Positions 47,326-55,729 of a stretch of DNA of 55,729 nucleotides are shown here, one piece after another. Position 1 is the stretch's first letter, and the number at the start of each line of letters is the position of its first letter. The notes beneath the pieces were generated by a model, which saw nothing but the letters and a program-made list of their open reading frames with translations, ran no database searches and was not told the DNA's origin. A program made the position numbers and the translations under genes. Source of the DNA: Flavobacteriaceae bacterium (GTDB taxonomy: Bacteria; Bacteroidota; Bacteroidia; Flavobacteriales; Flavobacteriaceae); the NCBI GenBank assembly GCA_035312485.1, contig DATGBV010000107.1, positions 1 to 55,729 on the forward strand, in the 5' to 3' direction.

Positions 47326-48297
47326 ATGACTTCTAAAATATTAATTGTTGGAGCTTGCGGACAGATTGGTTCAGAATTAACACATGAGCTTCGTTTGTTA
47401 TATGGAAACGAAAATGTTGTTGCGAGCGATATTAATTATGCTAATATAGAAGTTGTTAACTCTGGAATATTCGAGATTGCAGATGCTACAGATTATGCTT
47501 CTATAAAAGTATGCATCGAAAAACACAATATAGACACTGTTTTTTTAATGGCTGCTATGTTGAGTGCTGTTGGGGAAAAATATCCAATGAAAGCTTGGGA
47601 CTTAAACATGAATTCGCTTTTTAATGTTCTGAATCTGGCTAAAGAAAAATTTATAAAAAGAATATTTTGGCCTTCAAGTATAGCTGTTTTTGGACCATCT
47701 ACGCCTAAACAGCATACACCACAATATACCACGATGGAGCCTACAACGGTTTATGGAATTACAAAACAAGTTGGTGAGCGTTGGTGTGAGTATTATTATA
47801 ACAAGTATGATGTAGATGTAAGAAGTCTGCGCTATCCTGGTATTATAAGTTGGAAGACAATGCCTGGTGGAGGTACCACAGATTATGCTGTAGAAATATA
47901 TCATAAAGCCATAACTAATGGACACTATGATTGTTTTTTATCAAAAGAAACTGAACTGCCTATGATGTTTATGGAAGATGCTATAAAAGCAACAATAGAC
48001 ATAATGAAAGCAGAAAAGGAAAAAATTAAAATACGTTCTTCTTATAATCTAGCAGCAATAAGTTTTACTCCAAATGAAATTGCAAATTCAATTAAAGAGA
48101 AAATAAAGGGGTTTGCAATTAGTTATGAGCCTGATTACAGACAGCTAATTGCAGACAGCTGGCCTAACAGTATTGATGATTCTTATGCTCGAAAGGATTG
48201 GAATTGGAGTCATTCATACAGTTTATCGAAAATTACCGAAAAAATGCTTTTTGAGTTGGGTAAAAAATATGAGTTAGACACTGAAAAATCTAAATAA
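47326..48297 (+). CDS. SDR-type L-threonine 3-dehydrogenase / NAD-dependent epimerase family
   Basis: GACGQIG, PSSIAVFG, YGITK, PGGGTTDYAV. Confidence 0.88.
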   Translation: MTSKILIVGACGQIGSELTHELRLLYGNENVVASDINYANIEVVNSGIFEIADATDYASIKVCIEKHNIDTVFLMAAMLSAVGEKYPMKAWDLNMNSLFNVLNLAKEKFIKRIFWPSSIAVFGPSTPKQHTPQYTTMEPTTVYGITKQVGERWCEYYYNKYDVDVRSLRYPGIISWKTMPGGGTTDYAVEIYHKAITNGHYDCFLSKETELPMMFMEDAIKATIDIMKAEKEKIKIRSSYNLAAISFTPNEIANSIKEKIKGFAISYEPDYRQLIADSWPNSIDDSYARKDWNWSHSYSLSKITEKMLFELGKKYELDTEKSK

Positions 48298-48333
48298 TTG
48301 TATATTTGAATCAACCAGATTAACCTATTTATT

Positions 48334-48924
48334 ATGTTAGAAAACTTTTGGTTTAATGTGCAATATGGAATAAACCACGTGTTAGATATTAATGCGTACG
48401 ACCATGTTCTGTTTTTAATTGTATTATCTATACCTTATATATTCAAGGACTGGAAACGAGTTTTGATTTTAGTCTCTGTCTTTACTTTAGGCCATACATT
48501 ATCACTTGTATTGGCTGCATACAATGTTGTTAAGGTTAATGGTCAGTTAGTTGAATTTCTAATTCCAATAACCATTTTAATAGTTGCCCTATTTAACCTT
48601 TTTACTGCAGGAAAGGGAGCGCAGAAAAACAAAATTGGAGTTCTGTTTTTTTCTACACTTTTTTTCGGATTGATTCACGGTCTTGGTTTTGCAAGAGAGT
48701 TTCAACTAATGGTTGGGAAATCAGAAAACAAGCTAGAAACACTTGTAGAATTCGCTTTAGGAATTGAAATAGCTCAAATTATTATTGTATTTGTTGTACT
48801 TTTCTTAAGTTATTTAATCCAAACAATTTTTAGGTTTTCAAAACGAGACTGGATTATGGTAATATCCGCTATTGTGGTTGGGTTGGTAATTCCTATGGTA
48901 TTAAACAGTGACTTTTTATCCTAA
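48334..48924 (+). CDS. HupE/UreJ family membrane protein
   Basis: YDHVLF, FTLGHTLSL, FGLIHGLGFA. Confidence 0.85.
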   Translation: MLENFWFNVQYGINHVLDINAYDHVLFLIVLSIPYIFKDWKRVLILVSVFTLGHTLSLVLAAYNVVKVNGQLVEFLIPITILIVALFNLFTAGKGAQKNKIGVLFFSTLFFGLIHGLGFAREFQLMVGKSENKLETLVEFALGIEIAQIIIVFVVLFLSYLIQTIFRFSKRDWIMVISAIVVGLVIPMVLNSDFLS

Positions 48925-49023
48925 ATAAATTAAGATATCTAAATACAACTTTGGTAAAACTTTAACTTACAGGCATTGTAATTAAAATACTAACAAACTA
49001 TCTTCGTTATACTAAAGATAAAA

Positions 49024-49455
49024 ATGTCGAAAAAGAAACAACTTAAATACGACAAAGCTTATTTACGAATTGCTAAAGAGTGGGGAAAGCTGTCATACTG
49101 TAAACGCAAACAGGTTGGAGCACTCATTGTAAAAGACAGAATGATTATTTCAGATGGTTATAATGGTACTCCAACAGGCTTTGAGAATTTTTGTGAAGAT
49201 GAAGAAGGTTATACTAAATGGTATGTGCTTCACGCAGAAGCAAATGCTATTTTAAAAGTAGCCTCATCAACACAATCTTGCAGAGGAGCTACTTTGTATA
49301 TTACCTTCTCTCCTTGTAAAGAGTGTAGTAAATTAATACATCAAGCAGGTATTGTAAGAGTTGTTTATGGGCAAAGTTATAAAGACGATTCGGGCTTAAA
49401 GTTTTTAGAAAAAGCAGGAATCGAACTAAAACTAATAGAAGATTTAAATGTGTAG
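49024..49455 (+). CDS. dCMP deaminase family protein
   Basis: GYNGTP, HAEANA, PCKEC. Confidence 0.92.
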   Translation: MSKKKQLKYDKAYLRIAKEWGKLSYCKRKQVGALIVKDRMIISDGYNGTPTGFENFCEDEEGYTKWYVLHAEANAILKVASSTQSCRGATLYITFSPCKECSKLIHQAGIVRVVYGQSYKDDSGLKFLEKAGIELKLIEDLNV

Positions 49456-49457
49456 TC

Positions 49458-51053
49458 ATGTCGTTTAAAAAATTTTTACCAGTTATTTTGGGTGTTGCTA
49501 TTGCAGCAGGAATCTTTATTGGAGGTAAATTAAATTTCACAGATACACCAGATAGACTTTTCTCGTCAAACAGCAAAAAAGATAAACTTAATAGACTTAT
49601 TGATTATATAGAATATGAATATGTTGATGAAGTTAATACTGATAGTATAGTAGATGTTACAGTTAATGGTATTTTAGAAAACCTAGATCCACATTCGGTT
49701 TATATACCAAAAGAAGATTTAAAGCGAGTAACAGAAAACATGAAGGGTGATTTTGTAGGAATTGGAATTAATTTTTACACTTATAGGGATACAATAACTG
49801 TGATAAGAGCCATTGATAATGGGCCAAGTGATAAAGTAGGAATAAGAGGAGGAGATAGAATAGTTTACGCAAATGGAGATTCCATTTTCGGAAAGAAATT
49901 AACAGATGAACAAATCGTTAATCATCTTAAAGGACCAATAAATTCAAAAGTAGATTTAAAAATATATAGAAAAGGAGAGCCGGAACTTCTGGACTTTACT
50001 ATAAAAAGAGATCATATTCCTATTAAAAGTGTTGATGCTGCTTATATGTTAAATGATAATCTAGGCTATATAAAAGTAAACCGTTTTGCTGAGACTACCT
50101 ATAATGAATTTAAAGAAGAATTAGACAGACTTTTGGATTTAGGAATGACAGAGTTAGCTTTAGATTTAAGAGATAATCCTGGAGGTTTCATGAGTATTGC
50201 TGAACAAATTGTAGATGAATTTTTAGAAGATGATAAACTCATTTTATTTACAAAAAACAAACGCGGAAAAGTTGAGAAGGCCTTTGCAACAAAAAAAGGA
50301 GATTTTGAAAAAGGCAATGTATATGTGTTAATCAACGAAAATTCTGCATCAGCTGCTGAAATTGTTGCTGGAGCACTTCAGGATAATGATAAAGGTGTTA
50401 TTGTTGGCCGTCGTTCTTATGGAAAAGGATTGGTTCAAAGAGAAATGGATTTAGGGGATGGAAGCGCAGTGAGATTAACAGTTTCCAGATATTATACACC
50501 TACTGGACGATCAATTCAAAGATCATATGAAAATGGAAATAAGGATTATTATGACGATTATTTTGATAGACTGGAAAACGGAGAGCTTCTCGACCCAGAT
50601 AAAATAACAGTTGCAGATTCTTTAAAATTTAAAACTCCAAAAGGTAAGATTGTTTACGGAGGTGGGGGCATTATACCAGACATTTTTGTCCCTTTAGACA
50701 ATAGTATGCAGAATGAAACATTAACCTATCTAAATAGACGAGGTTTTATTAGCTATTTTGTTTTTGAAGAACTTGAAAAAGATAGAACAAAATATGATGG
50801 GTTAGAAAAGCAAGATTTTATCGATAATTTCAGAGTTGATGATGATTTTGTTTTGGCATTTCAAGATTATTTAAACATCAGGACAGAATCTACAATTACT
50901 TTTGTGGCTTACCATGAAGAAATTAAACAATACATAAAAGCGGCTTTAGGTGACCAGCTTTTTGGTAATGGTACGTTTGACGAAATAATAAATCAATCAG
51001 ATTTAATGATTGAAGAAGTTATAGAGTATAGTAAAGAACATAAGACAGATTAA
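49458..51053 (+). CDS. S41 C-terminal processing peptidase with PDZ domain
   Basis: LDPHS, DLRDNPGG, SASAAEI, GKGLVQ. Confidence 0.93.
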   Translation: MSFKKFLPVILGVAIAAGIFIGGKLNFTDTPDRLFSSNSKKDKLNRLIDYIEYEYVDEVNTDSIVDVTVNGILENLDPHSVYIPKEDLKRVTENMKGDFVGIGINFYTYRDTITVIRAIDNGPSDKVGIRGGDRIVYANGDSIFGKKLTDEQIVNHLKGPINSKVDLKIYRKGEPELLDFTIKRDHIPIKSVDAAYMLNDNLGYIKVNRFAETTYNEFKEELDRLLDLGMTELALDLRDNPGGFMSIAEQIVDEFLEDDKLILFTKNKRGKVEKAFATKKGDFEKGNVYVLINENSASAAEIVAGALQDNDKGVIVGRRSYGKGLVQREMDLGDGSAVRLTVSRYYTPTGRSIQRSYENGNKDYYDDYFDRLENGELLDPDKITVADSLKFKTPKGKIVYGGGGIIPDIFVPLDNSMQNETLTYLNRRGFISYFVFEELEKDRTKYDGLEKQDFIDNFRVDDDFVLAFQDYLNIRTESTITFVAYHEEIKQYIKAALGDQLFGNGTFDEIINQSDLMIEEVIEYSKEHKTD

Positions 51054-51652
51054 ATCTTATCGTGTACTTTTGTGTGCTCGCCATTATTCCAAAGCGTTAA
51101 TATATCTGTGGCTACTTGAGAACCACTTCCAGCAGCTATGGCAAATTGACTTCGCCAACCAGCAAGAGTTCCTGTGACATACAAACCATTTTCAATAAGA
51201 TGGTCTGTGTTTTTCAACCAAATTCTGTTTTTTCCAGCTTTAGCTCTCGGATGGGGTTTAATATATTTTTCTAAACCTTCAATAGTTATAAGATCAGAAT
51301 ATCCAACTGCAATTACTACAATTTTTGATGTGTAGATGTTTTTATTGGTTTCAACTGTAAAACCGTTGTCGAAACGAGATAGTTTAAACACTTTTTCTTT
51401 ATCTATTTGTTCTACATGAGAATATAGAGCAGTGAGTTTTTCCTTTCCACTTTCTAAAATACTTTTTCCAGAGGTTTTTTCAGAAATACCCAAAACATTG
51501 TTCAGTAAAGCATCTTGTAAGTGAGATGCTCTTTGATGCACAATAATCCCAATTTTTTTGTCTTTAGCAAAGGCTTTTTCTTTGGCAGAACCTAAAACTA
51601 AAGCACAAGATAAACCAGATGCACCACCGCCAATTATTAAAGCATCAAACAT
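51050..51652 (-). CDS. FAD-dependent oxidoreductase (short thioredoxin-reductase-like)
   Basis: IIGGGASG, VVIAVG, QFAIAAGSG. Confidence 0.8.
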   Translation of the reverse strand: MFDALIIGGGASGLSCALVLGSAKEKAFAKDKKIGIIVHQRASHLQDALLNNVLGISEKTSGKSILESGKEKLTALYSHVEQIDKEKVFKLSRFDNGFTVETNKNIYTSKIVVIAVGYSDLITIEGLEKYIKPHPRAKAGKNRIWLKNTDHLIENGLYVTGTLAGWRSQFAIAAGSGSQVATDILTLWNNGEHTKVHDKI

Positions 51653-51855
51653 TAATTTTTGTTTTTAGAGTGTTTTTCTATTCGTTTTGAAAGCCTCAAA
51701 ATCTGCAACAACAATATAACACAAAATGAGGCTAGAATAGTAATTAAAGCAATAACACTATCGCCTTTAAAAGGGGTTTCAAAATTCACTTTTGTTATGT
51801 TGAAGACAATTAAAGTAATGGCGAGAATATGAAGTATAATGGATGCTATTTTCAT
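51652..51855 (-). CDS. Small two-TM hypothetical protein
   Basis: Two hydrophobic segments; tightly packed in operon. Confidence 0.65.
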   Translation of the reverse strand: MKIASIILHILAITLIVFNITKVNFETPFKGDSVIALITILASFCVILLLQILRLSKRIEKHSKNKN

Positions 51856-51858
51856 TGA

Positions 51859-52440
51859 TTAAACAAAAATAAGTTTTATGTTATGAGTAAACAATTTTAC
51901 GGCTATGGCCAATAAAATAACACCAAAGATTTTTCTTATAATGTTAATTCCGTTTTGACCAATAAAACGTTCAATTCGTGCAGATGTTTTTAAAACAATA
52001 TATATAACAATTACATTTAATACTACAGCAACAATAATATTTTGAATTGCAAATTCGGCTCTTAAAGAAAGTAAGGTAGTTAAACTTCCAGGCCCAGCAA
52101 TTAAAGGAAATGCCAGTGGAAAAATGGTTGCACTCATTGGATTAATATCATCCTGTTTATAAAGTGTAATACCCAAAATCATTTCTAAAGCAATAAAAAA
52201 TATGATAAAAGAACCTGCAATAGCAAAAGAATTTACATCTATACCAATAAGCTTTAAAATACTTTGTCCTAAAAACAAGAATAAAATCAAAATTACTCCT
52301 GAAATTATAGACGCTTTTTCACTTTGTATGTGTCCAACTTTTTTTCGTAAGTCTATAACAATAGGAATATTACCAATAATATCTATAACAGCAAATAAAA
52401 CCATGAAAGCTGTAAATATCTCTTTAAAATTTAGTTGCAT
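51859..52440 (-). CDS. MarC family membrane protein
   Basis: LFAVIDIIG, SFAIAG, PLAFPLIAGPG. Confidence 0.9.
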   Translation of the reverse strand: MQLNFKEIFTAFMVLFAVIDIIGNIPIVIDLRKKVGHIQSEKASIISGVILILFLFLGQSILKLIGIDVNSFAIAGSFIIFFIALEMILGITLYKQDDINPMSATIFPLAFPLIAGPGSLTTLLSLRAEFAIQNIIVAVVLNVIVIYIVLKTSARIERFIGQNGINIIRKIFGVILLAIAVKLFTHNIKLIFV

Positions 52441-52562
52441 TTGGTTAGATTAAAAATTTTGGCAAAGGTCGTTATTTATAAATGATTATCCATGTTATTT
52501 AAATGTAAATTTTACTATAGATTTTTTATTATTAAGTAACCTACTAGCATTATATTTGTCCT

Positions 52563-53129
52563 ATGTTTCAATTAGGTAAGACCATAGTTTCTGAAGATAT
52601 CATTAAAAAAGATTTTGTCTGTAATTTATCAGCTTGTAAAGGCGCATGTTGCGTAGATGGAGATGCTGGAGCACCATTAGAAAAAGAAGAAGTCAAAATT
52701 CTAGAAGATATTTATGATAATGTAAAACCTTTTTTAAGAGAGGAAGGGATTAAAGCTATCGAGCTTCAAGGGAAGTACACAACATCCGAAGATAGTGAGT
52801 TTGAAACGCCTTTAATTAATGGAGCCGATTGCGCTTATGTTATTTTTGATGATAAAAAAACAGCACTATGTGCTATTGAAGAAGCTTATAATCAAGGAAA
52901 AATTAATTGGAAGAAACCAATTTCATGCCATTTATATCCTGTGCGAGTTAAAGATTACACCGAATTTTCTGCGGTTAATTATCATGAATGGCAAATTTGT
53001 GACGATGCCTGTGCCTTAGGTAAAGAATTACAGGTTTCTATCTATAAATTTGTTAAAGAAGCTCTTATTAGAAAATTTGGAGAGGATTGGTATATGGAAT
53101 TGGAAAAAATTGCTCAAACTTTCAAGTAA
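52563..53129 (+). CDS. DUF3109 family Cys-rich protein
   Basis: FVCNLSACKGACCVDGDAGAPL, KPISCHLYP. Confidence 0.85.
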   Translation: MFQLGKTIVSEDIIKKDFVCNLSACKGACCVDGDAGAPLEKEEVKILEDIYDNVKPFLREEGIKAIELQGKYTTSEDSEFETPLINGADCAYVIFDDKKTALCAIEEAYNQGKINWKKPISCHLYPVRVKDYTEFSAVNYHEWQICDDACALGKELQVSIYKFVKEALIRKFGEDWYMELEKIAQTFK

Positions 53130-53565
53130 AATTTCAATCAAGAAAATAAAATTTCATTTTTTTCACCTTTTTTTTTAATTTTTAAAATTTGTCTTAAGCC
53201 TTGTTTTTAAAGGATTTTTTATTTTTTTTATTTTTAAACACCTGGTAATCAACCATATAAATAAAAGCCTGAAAACACTAGTAAAATAAGAGATGTTAAG
53301 ATTTGTTAAAAACTTGTTGACAACGTTTATAAAATACCCTTTCTTTTTTAAGGACAATTATCAATCTTTGTTGAAGGCAAAATAAAATAGATTTTTAAGT
53401 TTTTTAAGTTAAAAGAAAACGTTTTAGAAATCGATTTTTTTAAATTCGCCCTTTTTTATTCCTCTAAAGGGAAACATTAAATATTTTACGTTTTACTATT
53501 GATTTTTGAATAATTATGCATTATTCAAGTAGGAGTTTTAGTCTTAAATTTAAATTTTAACGAAC

Positions 53566-54840
53566 ATGGAAATTACGCAGATTATAAAAAGAGATTATGA
53601 AACAAGCCCATTTGTTTTGAGTAAAATTTCAAATGCTATTGAAAAGGCAATGATTTCTGTTGGAAATGGAACCAAAGAAGATGCAAATGCCATTTCTATA
53701 AATGTTTTAAAAGAATTATTAGAAAGAAAAGAAAAAGACTACAGATATGTTCCTACTGTAGAAGAAGTACAAGACATAGTAGAAGAAAAATTGATGAGTA
53801 GTGCTTTTCACGATGTTGCAAAGGCCTATATCTTATACAGAGACGAGCAAGCAAGAAACAGAAAAACAAATATTTTTGAAAAACGCATAAACTTAAAACC
53901 TTACGAATATCCTGCGCTTTACGAATATGTAGATGCTATTAGACACTCGTATTGGATTCATTCAGAATTTAACTTCACAAGTGATATCCAAGATTTTAAA
54001 GCTAGATTAACCGTTGTAGAACAAAATGCTATTAAAAATACGATGCTAGCTATTTCTCAAATTGAAGTGGCAGTAAAATCTTTTTGGGGAGATATTTATC
54101 ATAAAATGCCAAAACCAGAAATAGGATCTGTTGGGTCGACGTTTGCCGAAAGTGAAGTTAGGCATCATGACGCTTACTCACACTTATTAGAAATATTAGG
54201 TCTTAATAACGAGTTTAAACACTTAAAGAAAAAACCTGTAATAATGAGGCGTGTTCACTATTTGGAAACCGCTTTAAAAAATGCAAAAAGTGAAAACAAT
54301 AAAGAGTATGCAGAATCAATATTACTTTTCTCCTTGTTTATAGAGCATGTGTCATTGTTTTCACAGTTTTTAATTATCATGGCATTCAACAAATATAAAA
54401 ATATGCTTAAAGGGATTTCAAATGTTGTAGAAGCCACTTCAAAAGAAGAACAAATCCATGGTGATTTTGGAATTGATATCATAAGAATTATAAATGACGA
54501 AAACCCAACGTGGTTTGATGAGGAACATAGCACTTTAGTACAAGGATTATGTGAAGAAGCGTTTAAATCTGAAAGTAAGCTTATCGATTGGATATTTGAA
54601 GCAGGCGAATTAGAGTTTTTACCAAAAGATGTTATTAATGAGTTTATAAAAAACAGATTCAATAATTCATTAGAAAGTATTGGTATTGACAAAGTGTTTG
54701 ATGTAAACAAAAAATTATTAGAACAAACTGAATGGTTTGACGATGAAATCATAGGAACAAAACACGGAGACTTTTTCGTGAAGCGTTCTATCAACTATAG
54801 CAAAAGAACTAAAAGTATAACAAGTGATGACCTATTTTAA
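53566..54840 (+). CDS. nrdB: Class I ribonucleotide reductase beta subunit with N-terminal ATP-cone
   Basis: IIKRD...KI..AI.KA...VEEVQDIVE...AKAYILYR ATP-cone; ferritin-like EVRH and EQIH; DFF, C-terminal DDLF. Confidence 0.93.
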   Translation: MEITQIIKRDYETSPFVLSKISNAIEKAMISVGNGTKEDANAISINVLKELLERKEKDYRYVPTVEEVQDIVEEKLMSSAFHDVAKAYILYRDEQARNRKTNIFEKRINLKPYEYPALYEYVDAIRHSYWIHSEFNFTSDIQDFKARLTVVEQNAIKNTMLAISQIEVAVKSFWGDIYHKMPKPEIGSVGSTFAESEVRHHDAYSHLLEILGLNNEFKHLKKKPVIMRRVHYLETALKNAKSENNKEYAESILLFSLFIEHVSLFSQFLIIMAFNKYKNMLKGISNVVEATSKEEQIHGDFGIDIIRIINDENPTWFDEEHSTLVQGLCEEAFKSESKLIDWIFEAGELEFLPKDVINEFIKNRFNNSLESIGIDKVFDVNKKLLEQTEWFDDEIIGTKHGDFFVKRSINYSKRTKSITSDDLF

Positions 54841-54843
54841 AAA

Positions 54844-55729
54844 ATGAACAACTACACTAACCAAGACGTTGACAACAACGTAAACCAAGAACTAGCAAAA
54901 GACTCCAACTACAACGAATTAATTAAAGCCAGAAAAGAGACCAGACAAGAAACTAACAACCAAGAACCAGAAATAAAATGGTTAACAGAACACAGTCGTA
55001 AGTTTTTATCATCAGGATATCTTACCGAAGGAACAAAGCCAGAGGAGAGAATTAGAGAAATTGCAGACAGAGCAGAACAAATCTTAAAGATTGATGGTTT
55101 TGCAGATAAGTTCTATGGTTACATGGCTGAAGGCTATTATTCATTAGCATCACCAGTTTGGTCTAACTTTGGAAAAAGGCGTGGTTTGCCAATTAGTTGT
55201 TTTGGTTCTCACATTTCTGATGATATGGGCGATATTCTTTACACGCAATCTGAAGTAGGAATGATGTCTAAACTTGGTGGTGGTACGTCTGGGTATTTTG
55301 GGAAGTTACGTCATAGAGGTGCTCCAGTAAAAAACAACGGAGAATCTTCAGGTGCTGTTCATATCATGCAGCTGTTTGAAAAAATGGTAGATGTTGTAAG
55401 TCAAGGTTCTGTACGTCGAGGACGTTTTTCCCCATATTTACCAATTGAGCATAATGATATTCATGAGTTTTTAGAAATAGGTACAGAAGGAAACCCAATC
55501 CAAGAGTTAACACATGGTGTTACAGTTGGTGATAAATGGATGCAAGAAATGGTAGATGGCGATGTAGATAAAAGAGCTATTTGGGCAAAAGTTTTACAAC
55601 GTAGAGGTGAGATAGGGTATCCTTATATTTTCTTTAAAGATAATGCAAACAATGGCGCAGCCGATGTTTATAAAGACAAAAATTTAGAAGTATATGCAAG
55701 TAACTTATGTACAGAAATTATGTTACCTT
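54844..55729 (+). CDS. nrdA: Class I ribonucleotide reductase alpha subunit, 3'-truncated by window edge
   Basis: Manual translation: WLTEHSRKFL...SPVWSNFG..RGLPISCF...GGGTS...SQGSVRRG...SNLCTEIMLP; no ATP-cone. Confidence 0.93.
   Translation, partial: MNNYTNQDVDNNVNQELAKDSNYNELIKARKETRQETNNQEPEIKWLTEHSRKFLSSGYLTEGTKPEERIREIADRAEQILKIDGFADKFYGYMAEGYYSLASPVWSNFGKRRGLPISCFGSHISDDMGDILYTQSEVGMMSKLGGGTSGYFGKLRHRGAPVKNNGESSGAVHIMQLFEKMVDVVSQGSVRRGRFSPYLPIEHNDIHEFLEIGTEGNPIQELTHGVTVGDKWMQEMVDGDVDKRAIWAKVLQRRGEIGYPYIFFKDNANNGAADVYKDKNLEVYASNLCTEIMLP

Noticed and set aside
53175-53357. 60-aa ORF in the AT-rich spacer upstream of nrdB
   Set aside because: Low-complexity K/N/F/I translation of a probable regulatory region; a DnaA-box-like ttgtcaaca nearby is too weak to call
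442-54794. Many short overlapping or antisense ORFs in the track (e.g. 1833-2159, 21071-21520, 25016-25375, 30727-31149, 54258-54794)
   Set aside because: Shadows of well-supported genes on another strand or frame, with no recognisable motifs
1-55729. rRNA, tRNA, CRISPR arrays, prophage genes
   Set aside because: No cloverleaf, rRNA-like tract, regular repeat-spacer array or phage structural/integrase gene seen

Overview
AT-rich chromosomal window from a Bacteroidota genome, very likely Flavobacteriaceae: TAnnTTTG -7 promoter boxes, a T9SS C-terminal-domain protein, and an ATP-cone-fused NrdB. Most of it is housekeeping: an ars-like operon, olsF-like acyltransferase, lysC, fbp, mfd, metG, a carbonic anhydrase/DUF2490/SulP cluster, gltBD, porin-PII-amt, ppc, ssb, peptidases and nrdBA. 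The main accessory feature is a complete 4,318-bp cargo-carrying IS1595-family element at 34857-39174. It has 27-bp terminal inverted repeats (23/27 identical) and a perfect 8-bp target duplication (TATTGCAC), and it sits in the promoter of the Zn-finger gene divergent from ssb. It carries a DDE transposase, a Panacea (DUF4065) antitoxin with a probable PemK/MazF-like toxin, a winged-helix-like protein, an unannotated 42-aa basic ORF, and three candidate small structured RNAs on the minus strand, each behind its own TAnnTTTG box. Near its right end it also carries a near-copy of the host regulatory repeat it displaced. Elsewhere, GTCATT...AATGAC palindromic miniature elements occur between genes and in frame inside mfd and metG. 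All protein family calls are from motifs recognised by eye; no searches or folding programs were run.
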